This document shows, in pieces, positions 12,331 through 26,000 of a DNA stretch of 64,000 nt (position 1 is its first letter; each line of letters opens with the position of its first letter). The notes beneath the pieces are model-generated. The model was given only the letters and a program-made list of their open reading frames with translations. It did no database searches and was not told the origin of the DNA. Position numbers and translations under genes: made by a program. Source of the stretch: Haliotis rubra (taxonomy: Eukaryota); assembly GCF_003918875.1 (NCBI RefSeq), contig NW_025765076.1:186001-250000 (forward strand), given 5' to 3'.

Positions 12331-14337
12331 GTAACCGTAGCGTTACACAACATTGCCTATATGCGGATGACAGGAGTCATTCGGTCGGTAGCAGGCGATA
12401 TATCATTCATGACGCAACCCCCAAACTTCTCTTTACAATATCTCCTAAGTGCAGGGCATGTAATGACAATGCACCTCTGGCAGGCGTAAACGAAAGAACT
12501 AAAGAAAGCTGTCAATATGTTTCAATGAAAATATTAGGAGCAGAATGGTTTATACAACTTCTCTCCAGTGGGATGAAATACACCAGCCGACACGCGTCAG
12601 TGTGTGACAGAGTAAGTTAGTGTGTTGGTGATTTGTTGGGTTAGTGAGTGAGTGAGAACCCAGATAGCACGACGTCATCGGTCCGTCCGTGGCTACAGTA
12701 GGCAAGCCGACAGTGGCTAATAGGTGGCGGCCCGCTCGCAGTGCGCCGGCTTGTTTGTTGTAACAATGTTCCATTTATTTTCGTAAACAAGAAACGTTAT
12801 TTACGGTGAAATCCAGTGCTTGATATGAGAGTGTATATTTAACGATTCTAACACATACATTTACAAGAAAGAAATAAACAATTCCGATTTTCGATACAGA
12901 GGTTTCCAAAAAGTACCCGATACTAAAGAGTCATTGTTCTTTTCAGAATAATATAAGAACTACAGACTATTGTTTCGCGTGCTAATTATACATAATCAAA
13001 TTTTACATGGCTTTACTATCCAGAATTTATTAATGATTTATATGAATCACGTATATATTTTAATCATGGCCAGTTGGGAGTTTTCATTAGTATCAAAGTT
13101 AGAGAGGAAAACTACTGATGTAAATATCTTGAAATTGACGAAATTATAGGTTATTTATATAGCGCACATATCCAGACAACTAGTGCATGCTCAAGGCGCC
13201 GTTATCCAGTGAAGGAAATATGATCTACATTTCCAGTTGTACGCAATGAAATTCATGATATATATTTAGATCATGATTATGATATCTTGAAACGTATTGC
13301 GGATATCTAGAACTGCATTCCTCATATACGATTTATACATATACATATAAGTGGCGGGTGTTAATACATATAACACATTCATGTAAATTGGTGTCGTTAA
13401 ATTAAATACAAATATCAATAATTAATCATTGCTCGTTGTTACCTTTTTTGATATCACACTATCATTGTAGGATTTCAGTAATTGCACTTTGAATATGATA
13501 AAGCACCTAAAATATATCCAATTATTTACAGATTTGTTGAAAATTGAGTGAGTGAGTGAGTTTTTAGCCACAGGAAATGTGCTTCACATATATTGAAAAG
13601 AAATGACCTGTAATGTCATCATAAACGTGAAATCAGCTTGTCACGCGATTCAGTAAATGATGTAGTTGTTTTTAAAGTTTTAAGCCTTATATAAACATTT
13701 CATCATGTTCCTGATATACATATATACATAACATACATGTCTCAAGAAAAGTTCTAAAATCTTACCTACAATCACATAATTTCTGTTTCCCTTGCTTATT
13801 TATCGAATGGCAACAAGTTAATCAGCATACAAAAGTTGGCCATAAGTGAGAAATCACTAGTGAAATTTCCATAGACTTACATGTTCATTAACTCTTAATA
13901 CAAATTTTCAAAAATTGAATAGAAGTTATTTCATTTTGGCATTTTGCAAATATCTTGGAAATCATCTTCAGTTAGATACGTGTTCCTAATTTTCTTCCAT
14001 CTTTCCGTTGATTAGCTATGGAATTACTCATGATTAAGCACCATACATAAGTACAACTGTTAATCTATCCCACAGACAGCCATGGTAAACCTGGTTGGTG
14101 TGTCTAATATAGGTCGTTTAAATAGTTGCAGTTTTCTTTATAATCATCGGGAAACTGAATGGGAATTATATAGATGTAGTTGAGATGATTTCCCAGCTGG
14201 AAGATAAGTATTGAAGGCAGTTCGTCCGAAACTAAATTTATGCAAATTATTCTTGCAAGAGTTAATTAACATACAAGTCTATGGGAATTTCACTAATGAT
14301 GACTCACTTATGGCCAACTATTGTATGTACAGTGCCG

Positions 14338-14763
14338 TGCACTCCTTTAACAAGGCGGCCAATTGGATTATGCATTGTGGAAACAAACCTAAGTTGATAT
14401 ATGTGTGTCATTAGATAAATAGTGGTCGGAAAACTACACTGAAATTAAGTACGCAGTGTAGTTTCAAATTTTTAAAGATCCATCCTAAATTCACTTCATG
14501 AAGAATTATTTACGCTACACTGAAATAGCATGTACACAGAGTCGTGCAAAAGTATTCGCCACTTGAGTGTAGCCAAAATAATGTTCATGAAGTGAGTTCA
14601 GGATGGATCTTTGTAAAATTTGACAGGCAAACTTGAAATCACCTCTGCACACATAATTTCAGTTCAATTTTCCGACAACAATTTAACTGAAGGCATCACA
14701 TTTAGCACCTTGCGTATGGTTCCACAATTCGCAATCCCATACGCCGCCATGTTAGAGGAGCTC
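14338..14763. mobile_element. Foldback/MITE-like long imperfect palindrome (~425 bp)
   Basis: CACTCCTTTAACAAGGCGGC pairs with GCCGCCATGTTAGAGGAG; AAAGATCCATCCTAAATTCACTTCATGAAGAATTATTTTACGCTACACT pairs with AGTGTAGCCAAAATAATGTTCATGAAGTGAGTTCAGGATGGATCTTT. Confidence 0.8.
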
Positions 14764-14806
14764 TGACAGTGATGTAGAGGGAGTGGACAATGAAGTAGAT
14801 TATTTC

Positions 14807-15836
14807 ATGGATAAACTTAGAGAATGGGTACTGAACAGTTCAACGCCAATAGTACATGTAAACAGCCTACTGGCTCTATCTACTCAGACCATATTTTCCT
14901 ATGCTTCCCAGGGATGGGAGGACACTGCTTCAAACCAGAAGAACATACATCATTAAAAAATATAGCTGGGGGTAAATATCACCATTTTGGGATTGAAGCT
15001 GGAATTAAATAAAAACTGTCAAAACTGAATGGCTTACATCCATATGATGAACTTCATCTCCAGGTGAACATTGATCGATTACCTATATTCAAAGTACAAA
15101 TCACTCCTTCTGGCCAATTTTAGGTCTTATTCGAGAAAAAATTGAACCAGAACCATTTGTTATTGGCTTGTGGTTAGGGTCATCAAAACCAACTGACATC
15201 AATTCTTACCTGCAGCATTTCATTGATGAAATGAAAGATGTCATGGTCAGTGGTGTAACTGTGGGAAATAAATGCTATACGGTTATCATAGAAAATTTTG
15301 TGTGTGATATCCCTGCACGTGCACTTGTTAAACTCACCAAAGGACATAGTGGCTACCATGGATGTGATTGCTGTGAACAACCAGCAGAATATTTTATTCA
15401 CAGAATGACATTCCCTGATGTGAATGCTAGACTCAGAACTGATGTAGCTTTTGGTGAAATGTCATGTGAAGAACATCATCGCGGTGAATCCAGGTTGAAG
15501 GAATTAAACACAGGAATGGTAACACAATTCCCGCTTGACTACATGCATCTTATTTGCTTAGGCATAGTAAAGAAAATCATCAGTATCTGGACTAGAGGAC
15601 CATTACATGTCCGCATCGGAAGTGCAACTACAAACTTGTTGTCCAATTCTATCTTGGCCCTTGGCTCATTTTTGCCTCGAGAATTTGCACGGAAGGGAAG
15701 AAAATTTGAAAAAATTGAAAGATGGAAGGCTACAGAATTAAGAACATTTCTTTTATATACCGGACCTGTAGCCCTAAGAGGGAAATTGTCAAACATTATG
15801 TACAAAAACTTCATGATGCTTTCAGTTGGTGGGTGA
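14807..15836 (+). pseudogene. CMC/EnSpm-like DNA transposase fragment
   Basis: Broken frames give LREW...LPRDGRTLLQT, YHHFGI, LQVNIDRLP, FWPILG, then FVCDIPARALVKLTKGHSGYHGCDCC, FPLDYMHLICLG, RWKATELRTFLLYTGP, motifs of animal EnSpm-type transposases; stops, frameshifts and 3' truncation. Possible left terminus CCCAGATAGCAC near 12659. Confidence 0.88.
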
Positions 15837-17049
15837 AACATGGTCGGGAGTGCACGCTATGGCCACTCCACAAAATATACTTGATCGTATTATACTTGAC
15901 CTCCCTGAAGTCACACAAGATAGAGCTTTATTGATTATTGTTTATTCAGATCAAAGTACTTCAAGTTAGAAGAAGAAAAGTATAATCACAACCTGATGAT
16001 GGCAATGACAACTTACAGAACACTGGCTACAAATGTTTCTTCTGTACAACAGCTACTGTCTTACAATATTTACACGGAGTATGTCATTAAGTTACTACAG
16101 AAATTGTTTACGCAGCAGATATATATTTGAATAATTTTAATGGCGATACGTTCATAATGACAATATGTACACATGCATAAATCACATAAACTGTAAACCG
16201 TCTAGTATATACACAATCCAACATCCGGGGCGTGGACAGGGGTGACACATTTGACACAAGTTGCATCCAAAGATATCAGGGAATATGTTGTACTCTGACC
16301 TGCCAGATCCCCCAAGCCTGCGCAGCACCACCATTATTCAATAAGAAATATAAATATATTTAATACACAAGGAAGCTGATTAACAAACGTGTACTAATGT
16401 TGACATTTTCATTTATGCACATATGTTCCAGAAGCTACATAACTCATGATTTGATGGATTGTGTTGTCACTGCGCTAAACAATTACTTAACCTTTGTGTC
16501 TCGACCCGATAGATTCACAAATGAGGAAGTCGATACATAGTTCAGCTTGCTCAGTAATCTATTACCTCAAGTCTGATTACGTTTAAAACAGGTCTTCAGA
16601 TGGATGGGTGATGATGCAAGCGAATGCGGCTGCTCTTAATGATCCAGTATGTGACAGCAGGGACGGTTTGTACAAACACAATATTCATATAACCGTTCAT
16701 TGAATGAAATTACATTTGGAACGTCGATTACCAGTTATACATTATGTTTGCCACAGTACAACTTTGTCTGTCTGACAGGAAGCCACACACGCCCAGTAAT
16801 CATTTCATCCCTCATTCTGGAAGACAGGAAAGAGAGTTGGGACAGTATAGTGTAATATTACACCTTCCGCAACTCAGGCTTGCAGGACATACGGTTTCAC
16901 ATGAGAGCTAGCACACACAGGAAGAAATACATCTTGTAATATACCGATTTCCTTATTAATATTAAACAATATGTTTATTATATTTTCTTTATTATTTCAA
17001 ACAGAGCTCACAAAATCAGACTGATTTCAGTGTCACGAGTTAAGAAGAT

Positions 17050-20000
17050 ACATCTGATGTCCTTGGCAAGGGTTCATAGACACAACGGACGTCCTTGTCA
17101 AGGGTTGATAAATACAACTGATGTCCTTGTCAAGGTTGATAGACACAAATGATGTCATTGTCATGGGTTGATAGACACAACTGATATACTTGTCAAAGGT
17201 TGATAGACACCACTGATGTCCTTGTCAAGGGTGGATAGACACGATTCATGTCCTTGTCAAGAGTTGATAGACACACCTGATGTTCTTGGCAAGGTTGATA
17301 GACACACCTGATATCCTTGTCAATGGTTGATAGACTGAACTGATGTCCTTGTCAATGGTTGATAGACGCAACTGATATCCTTGTCAATGGTTGATAGACG
17401 CAAGTGATGTCCTTGTCAAGCGTTGATACACACAACTGATATCCTTGTCAATGGTTGATAGACACAATTGATGTCCTTGTCAAGAGTTGATAGACACAAA
17501 TGATGTCATTGTCATGGGTTGATAGACACAACTGATATCCTTGTCAAAGGTTGATAGACACCACTGATATCCTTGTCAAGGGTGGATAGACACACCTGAT
17601 GTTCTTGGCAAGGTTGATAGACACAACTGATATCATTGTCAAGGGTTGATAGACGCAACTGATGTCCTTGTCAAGCGTTGATAGACACAACTGATATCCT
17701 TGTCAAGGGTTGATAGACACAATTGATGTCCTTGTCAAGAGTTGATAGACACAAATGATGTCATTGTCATGGGTTGATAGACACAACTGATATCCTTGTC
17801 AAAGGTTGATAGACACCACTGATATCCTTGTCAAGGGTGGATAGACACGATTCATGTCCTTGTCAAGAGTTGATAGACACACCTGATGTTCTTGGCAAGG
17901 TTGATAGACACAACTGATATCATTGTCAAGGGTTGATAGACACAACTGATATCATTGTCAAGGGTTGATAGATACAACTGATGTTCTTGGCAAGGTTGAT
18001 AGACACAACTGATGTCCTTGTCATGGGTTGATAGACACAACTGATGTCCTTGTCAATGGTTGATAGACACAATTCATGTCCTTGTCAAGAGTTGATAGAC
18101 ACAACTGATGTCATTGTCAAGGGTTGATAGATACAACTGATGTCCTTGTCAAGGGTTGATAGACACAACTGATGTCCTTGTCATGGGTTGATAGACACAC
18201 CTGATATCCTTGTCAATGGTTGATAGACTAAACTGATGTCATTGTCAATGGTTGATAGACACAAGTGATGTCCTTGTCAATGGTTGATAGACGCAACTGA
18301 TATCCTTGTTAATGGTTGATAGACGCAACTGATGTCCTTGTCAAGCGTTGATAGACACAACTGATATCCTTGTCAATGGTTGATAGACGCAACTGATGTC
18401 CTTGTCAATGGTTGATAGACACAACTGATGTCCTTGTCATGGGTTGATAGACACAATTGATGTCCTTGTCAAGAGTTGATAGACACAAGTGATGTCCTTG
18501 TCAATGGTTGATAGACGCAACTGATGTCCTTGTCAAGCGTTGATACACACAACTGATATCCTTGTCAATGGTTGATAGACACAATTGATGTCCTTGTCAA
18601 GAGTTGATAGACACAAATGATGTCATTGTCATGGGTTGATAGACACAACTGATATCCTTGTCAAAGGTTGATAGACACCACTGATATCCTTGTCAAGGGT
18701 GGATAGACACAAATGATGTCATTGTCATGGGTTGATAGACACAACTGATATCCTTGTCAAAGGTTGATAGACACCACTGATGTCCTTGTCAAGGGTGGAT
18801 AGACACGATTCATGTCCTTGTCAAGAGTTGATAGACACACCTGATGTTCTTGGCAAGGTTGATAGACACACCTGATATCCTTGTGAATGGTTGATAGACT
18901 GAACTGATGTCCTTGTCAATGGTTGATAGACACAAGTGATGTCCTTGTCAAGGGTTGATAGACACAATTGATGTCCTTGTCAAGAGTTGATAGACACAAG
19001 TGATGTCCTTGTCAATGGTTGATAGACGCAACTGATGTCCTTGTCAAGCGTTGATACACACAACTGATATCCTTGTCAATGGTTGATAGACACAATTGAT
19101 GTCCTTGTCAACAGTTGATAGACACAAATGATGTCATTGTCATGGGTTGATAGACACAACTTATATCCTTGTCAAAGGTTGATAGACACCACTGATATCC
19201 TTGTCAAGGGTTGATAGACACAACTGATGTCATTGTCATGGGTTGATAGACACAACTGATATACTTGTCAAAGGTTGATAGACACCACTGATGTCCTTGT
19301 CAAGGGTGGATAGACACGATTCATGTCCTTGTCAAGAGTTGATAGACACACCTGATGTTCTTGGCAAGGTTGATAGACACACCTGATATCCTTGTCAATG
19401 GTTGATAGACTGAACTGATGTCCTTGTCAATGGTTGATAGACACAAGTGATGTCCTTGTCAATGGTTGATAGACGCAACTGATATCCTTGTCAATGGTTG
19501 ATAGACGCAAGTGATGTCCTTGTCAAGCGTTGATACACACAACTGATATCCTTGTCAATGGTTGATAGACACAATTGATGTCCTTGTCAAGAGTTGATAG
19601 ACACAAATGATGTCATTGTCATGGGTTGATAGACACAACTGATATCCTTGTCAAAGGTTGATAGACACCACTGATATCCTTGTCAAGGGTGGATAGACAC
19701 ACCTGATGTTCTTGGCAAGGTTGATAGACACAACTGATATCATTGTCAAGGGTTGATAGACGCAACTGATGTCCTTGTCAAGCGTTGATAGACGCAACTG
19801 ATATCCTTGTCAAGGGTTGATAGACACAATTGATGTCCTTGTCAAAGAGTTGATAGACACAAATGATGTCATTGTCATGGGTTGATAGACACAACTGATA
19901 TCCTTGTCAAGGTTGATAGACACCACTGATATCCTTGTCAAAGGGTGGATAGACACGATTCATGTCCTTGTCAAGAGTTGATAGACACACCTGATGTTCT

Positions 20001-23000
20001 TGGCAAGGTTGATAGACACAACTGATATCATTGTCAAGGGTTGATAGACACAACTGATATCATTGTCAATGGTTGATAGATACAACTGATGTTCTTGGCA
20101 AGGTTGATAGACACAACTGATGTCCTTGTCATGGGTTGATAGACACAACTGATGTCCTTGTCAATGGTTGATAGACACAATTGATGTCCTTGTCAAGAGT
20201 TGATAGACACAACTGATGTCATTGTCAAGGGTTGATAGATACAACTGATGTCCTTGTCAAGGGTTGATAGACACAACTGATGTCCTTGTCATGGGTTGAT
20301 AGACACACCTGATATCCTTGTCAATGGTTGATAGACTAAACTGATGTCATTGTCAATGGTTGATAGACACAAGTGATGTCCTTGTCAATGGTTGATAGAC
20401 GCAACTGATATCCTTGTTAATGGTTGATAGACGCAACTGATGTCCTTGTCAAGCGTTGATAGACACAACTGATATCCTTGTCAATGGTTGATAGACGCAA
20501 CTGATGTCCTTGTCAATGGTTGATAGACACAACTGATGTCCTTGTCATGGGTTGATAGACACAATTGATGTCCTTGTCAAGAGTTGATAGACACAAGTGA
20601 TGTCCTTGTCAATGGTTGATAGACGCAACTGATGTCCTTGTCAAGCGTTGATACACACAACTGATATCCTTGTCAATGGTTGATAGACACAATTGATGTC
20701 CTTGTCAAGAGTTGATAGACACAAATGATGTCATTGTCATGGGTTGATAGACACAACTGATATCCTTGTCAAAGGTTGATAGACACCACTGATATCCTTG
20801 TCAAGGGTGGATTGACACAAATGATGTCATTGTCATGGGTTGATAGACACAACTGATATCCTTGTCAAAGGTTGATAGACACCACTGATGTCCTTGTCAA
20901 GGGTGGATAGACACGATTCATGTCCTTGTCAAGAGTTGATAGACACACCTGATGTTCTTGGCAAGGTTGATAGACACACCTGATATCCTTGTCAATGGTT
21001 GATAGACTGAACTGATGTCCTTGTCAATGGTTGATAGACACAAGTGATGTCCTTGTCAATGGTTGATAGACGCAACTGATATCCTTGTCAATGGTTGATA
21101 GACGCAACTGATGTCCTTGTCAATGGTTGATAGACACAACTGATGTCCTTGTCATGGGTTGATAGACACAATTGATGTCCTTGTCAAGAGTTGATAGACA
21201 CAAGTGATGTCCTTGTCAATGGTTGATAGACACAACTTATATCCTTGTCAAAGGTTGATAGACACCACTGATATCCTTGTCAAGGGTTGATAGACACAAC
21301 TGATGTCATTGTCATGGGTTGATAGACACAACTGATATCCTTGTCAAAGGTTGATAGACACCACTGATGTCCTTGTCAAGGGTGGATAGACACGATTCAT
21401 GTCCTTGTCAAGAGTTGATAGACACACCTGATGTTCTTGGCAAGGTTGATAGACACACCTGATATCCTTGTCAATGGTTGATAGACTGAACTGATGTCCT
21501 TGTCAATGGTTGATAGACACAAGTGATGTCCTTGTCAATGGTTGATAGACGCAACTGATATCCTTGTCAATGGTTGATAGACGCAAGTGATGTCCTTGTC
21601 AAGCGTTGATACACACAACTGATATCCTTGTCAATGGTTGATAGACACAATTGATGTCCTTGTCAAGAGTTGATAGACACAAATGATGTCATTGTCATGG
21701 GTTGATAGACACAACTGATATCCTTGTCAAAGGTTGATAGACACCACTGATATCCTTGTCAAGGGTGGATAGACACACCTGATGTTCTTGGCAAGGTTGA
21801 TAGACACAACTGATATCATTGTCAAGGGTTGATAGACGCAACTGATGTCCTTGTCAAGCGTTGATAGACACAACTGATATCCTTGTGAAGGGTTGATAGA
21901 CACAATTGATGTCCTTGTCAAGAGTTGATAGACACAAATGATGTCATTGTCATGGGTTGATAGACACAACTGATATCATTGTCAAGGGTTGATAGATACA
22001 ACTGATGTCCTTGTCAAGGGTGATAGACACAACTGATGTCCTTGTCATGGGTTGATAGACACAACTGATGTCCTTGTCAATGGTTGATAGACACAACTGA
22101 TGTCATTGTCAAGGGTTGATAGATACAACTGATGTCCTTGTCAAGGGTTGATAGACACAACTGATGTCCTTGTCATGGGTTGATAGACACACCTGATATC
22201 CTTATCAATGGTTGATAGACTGAACTGATGTCATTGTCAATGGTTGATAGACACAAGTGATGTCCTTGTCATTGGTTGATAGACGCAACTGATATCCTTG
22301 TTAATGGTTGATAGACGCAACTGATGTCCTTGTCAAGCGTTGATAGACACAACTGATATCCTTGTCAATGGTTGATAGACGCAACTGATGTCCTTGTCAA
22401 TGGTTGATAGACACAACTGATGTCCTTGTCAATGGTTGATAGACACAATTGATGTCCTTGTCAAGAGTTGATAGACACAAGTGATGTCCTTGTCAATGGT
22501 TGATAGACGCAACTGATGTCCTTGTCAAGCGTTGATACACACAACTGATATCCTTGTCAATGGTTGATAGACACAATTGATGTCCTTGTCAAGAGTTGAT
22601 AGACACAAATGATGTCATTGTCATGGGTTGATAGACACAACTGATATCCTTGTCAAAGGTTGATAGACACCACTGATATCCTTGTCAAGGGTAGATAGAC
22701 ACAATTCATGTCCTTGTCAAGAGTTGATAGACACACCTGATGTTCTTGGCAAGGTTGATAGACACAACTGATATCATTGTCAAGGGTTGATAGACACAAC
22801 TGATATCATTGTCAAGGGTTGATAGATACAACTGATGTCCTTGTCAAGGTTGATAGACACAACTGATGTCCTTGTCATGGGTTGATAGACACAACTGATG
22901 TCCTTGTCAAGGGTTGATAGACACAATTGATGTTCTTGTCAAGAGTTGATAGACACAACTGATGTCATTGTCAAGGGTTGATAGATACAACTGATATCCT

Positions 23001-26000
23001 TGTCAAAGGTTGATAGACACCACTGATATCCTTGTCAAGGGTGGATAGACACACCTGATGTTCTTGGCAAGGTTGATAGACACAACTGATATCATTGTCA
23101 AGGGTTGATAGACGCAACTGATGTCCTTGTCAAGCGTTGATAGACACAACTGATATCCTTGTCAAGGGTTGATAGACACAATTGATGTCCTTGTCAAGAG
23201 TTGATAGACACAAATGATGTCATTGTCATGGGTTGATAGACACAACTGATATCATTGTCAAGGGTTGATAGATACAACTGATGTCCTTGTCAAGGTTGAT
23301 AGACACAACTGATGTCCTTGTCATGGGTTGATAGACACAACTGATGTCCTTGTCAATGGTTGATAGACACAATTCATGTCCTTGTCAAGAGTTGATAGAC
23401 ACAACTGATGTCATTGTCAAGGGTTGATAGATACAACTGATGTCCTTGTCAAGGGTTGATAGACACAACTGATGTCCTTGTCATGGGTTGATAGACACAC
23501 CTGATATCCTTGTCAATGGTTGATAGACTGAACTGATGTCATTGTCAATGGTTGATAGACACAAGTGATGTCCTTGTCATTGGTTGATAGACGCAACTGA
23601 TATCCTTGTTAATGGTTGATAGACGCAACTGATGTCCTTGTCAAGCGTTGATAGACACAACTGATATCCTTGTCAATGGTTGATAGACGCAACTGATGTC
23701 CTTGTCAATGGTTGATAGACACAACTGATGTCCTTGTCAATGGTTGATAGACACAATTGATGTCCTTGTCAATCCCAAGTTGATAGAGCACAAGTGATGT
23801 CCTTGTCAATGGTTGATAGACGCAACTGATGTCCTTGTAAAGCGTTGATACACACACAACTGATATCCTTGTCAATGGTTGATAGACACAATTGATGTCC
23901 TTGTCAAGAGTTGATAGACACAAATGATGTCATTGTCATGGGTTGATAGACACAACTGATATCCTTGTCAAAGGTTGATAGACACCACTGATATCCTTGT
24001 CAAGGCTGGATAGACACAATTCATGTCCTTGTCAAGAGTTGATAGACACACCTGATGTTCTTGGCAAGGTTGATAGACACACCTGATATCATTGTCAAGG
24101 GTTGATAGACACAACTGATATCATTGTCAAGGGTTGATAGATACAACTGATGTCCTTCTCAAGGTTGATAGACACAACTGATGTCCTTGTCATGGGTTGA
24201 TAGACACAACTGATGTCCTTGTCAAGGGTTGATAGACACAAATGATGTCATTGTCATGGGTTGATAGACACAACTGATATCCTTGTCAAAGGTTGATAGA
24301 CACCACTGATATCCTTGTCAAGGGTGGATAGACACAATTCATGTCCTGTCAAGAGTTGATGAGGAACACACCTGATGTTCTTGGCAAGGTTGATAGATTA
24401 CCAACTGATATCATTGTCAAGGGTTGATAGACACAACTGATATCATTGTCAAGGGTTGATAGATACAACTGATGTCCTTGTCAAGGGTTGATAGACACAA
24501 CTGATATCATTGTCAAGGGTTGATAGATACAACTGATGTTCTTGGCAAGGTTGATAGACACAACTGATGTCCTTGTCATGGGTTGATAGACACAACTGAT
24601 GTCCTTGTCAATGGTTGATAGACACAATTCATGTCCTTGTCAAGAGTTGATAGACACAACTGATGTCATTGTCAAGGGTTGATAGATACAACTGATGTCC
24701 TTGTCAAGGGTTGATAGACACAACTGATGTCCTTGTCATGGGTTGATAGACAACACCGATATCCTTTGTCAATGGTTGATAGACTAAACTGATGTCATTG
24801 TCAATGGTTGATGACACAAGTGATGTCCTTGTCAATGGTTGATAGACGCAACTGTTATCCTTGTTAATGGTTGATAGACGCAACTGATGTCCTTGTCAAG
24901 CGTTGATAGACACAACTGATATCCTTGTCAATGGTTGATAGAGCCCGCAACTGATGTCCTTGTCAATGGTTGATAGACACAACTGATGTCCTTGTCATGG
25001 GTTGATAGACACAATTGATGTCCTTGTCAAGAGTTGATAGACACAAGTGATGTCCTTGTCAATGGTTGATAGACGCAACTGATGTCCTTGTCAAGAAGCG
25101 TTGATACACAACTGATATCCTTGTCAATGGTTGATAGACACAATTGATGTCCTTGTCAAGGAGTTGATAGACACAAATGATGTCATTGTCATGGGTTGAT
25201 ATAGACACAACTGATATCCTTGCCAAAGGTTGATAGACACCACTGATATCCTTGTCAAGGGTGGATAGACACAACTGATGTCATTGTCATGGGTTGATAG
25301 ACACAACTGATATCATTGTCAAAGGTTGATGAGACACCACTGATGTCCTTGTCAAGGGTGGATGAACACGATTCATGTCCTTGTCAAGAGTTGATAGACA
25401 ATACCTGATGTTCTTGGCAAGGTTGATAGACAATACCTGATATCCTTTGTGAATGGTTGATAGACTGAACTGATGTCGCTTGTCAATGGTTGATAGACAC
25501 AAGTGATGTCCTTGTCAATGGTTGATAGACGCAACTGATATCCTTGTCAATGGTTGATAGACGCAACTGATGTCCTTGTCAATGGTTGATAGACACAACT
25601 GATGTCCTTGTCATGGGTTGATAGACACAATTGATGTCCTTGTCAAGAGTTGATAGACACAAGTGATGTCCTTGTCAATGGTTGATAGATCGCAACTGAT
25701 GTCCTTGTCAAGCGTTGATACACCTAACTGATATCCTTGTCAATGGTTGATGAGACACAATTGATGTCCTTGTCAGAGTTGATAGACACAATGATGTCAT
25801 TGTCATGGGTTGATAGACACAACTTATATCCTTGTCAAAGGTTGATAGACACCACTGATATCCTTGTCAAGGGTTGATAGACACAACTGATGTCATTGTC
25901 ATGGGTTGATAGACACAACTGATATCCTTGTCAAAGGTTGATAGACACCACTGATGTCCTTGTCAATGGTTGATAGACACAACTGATGTCCTTGTCATGG

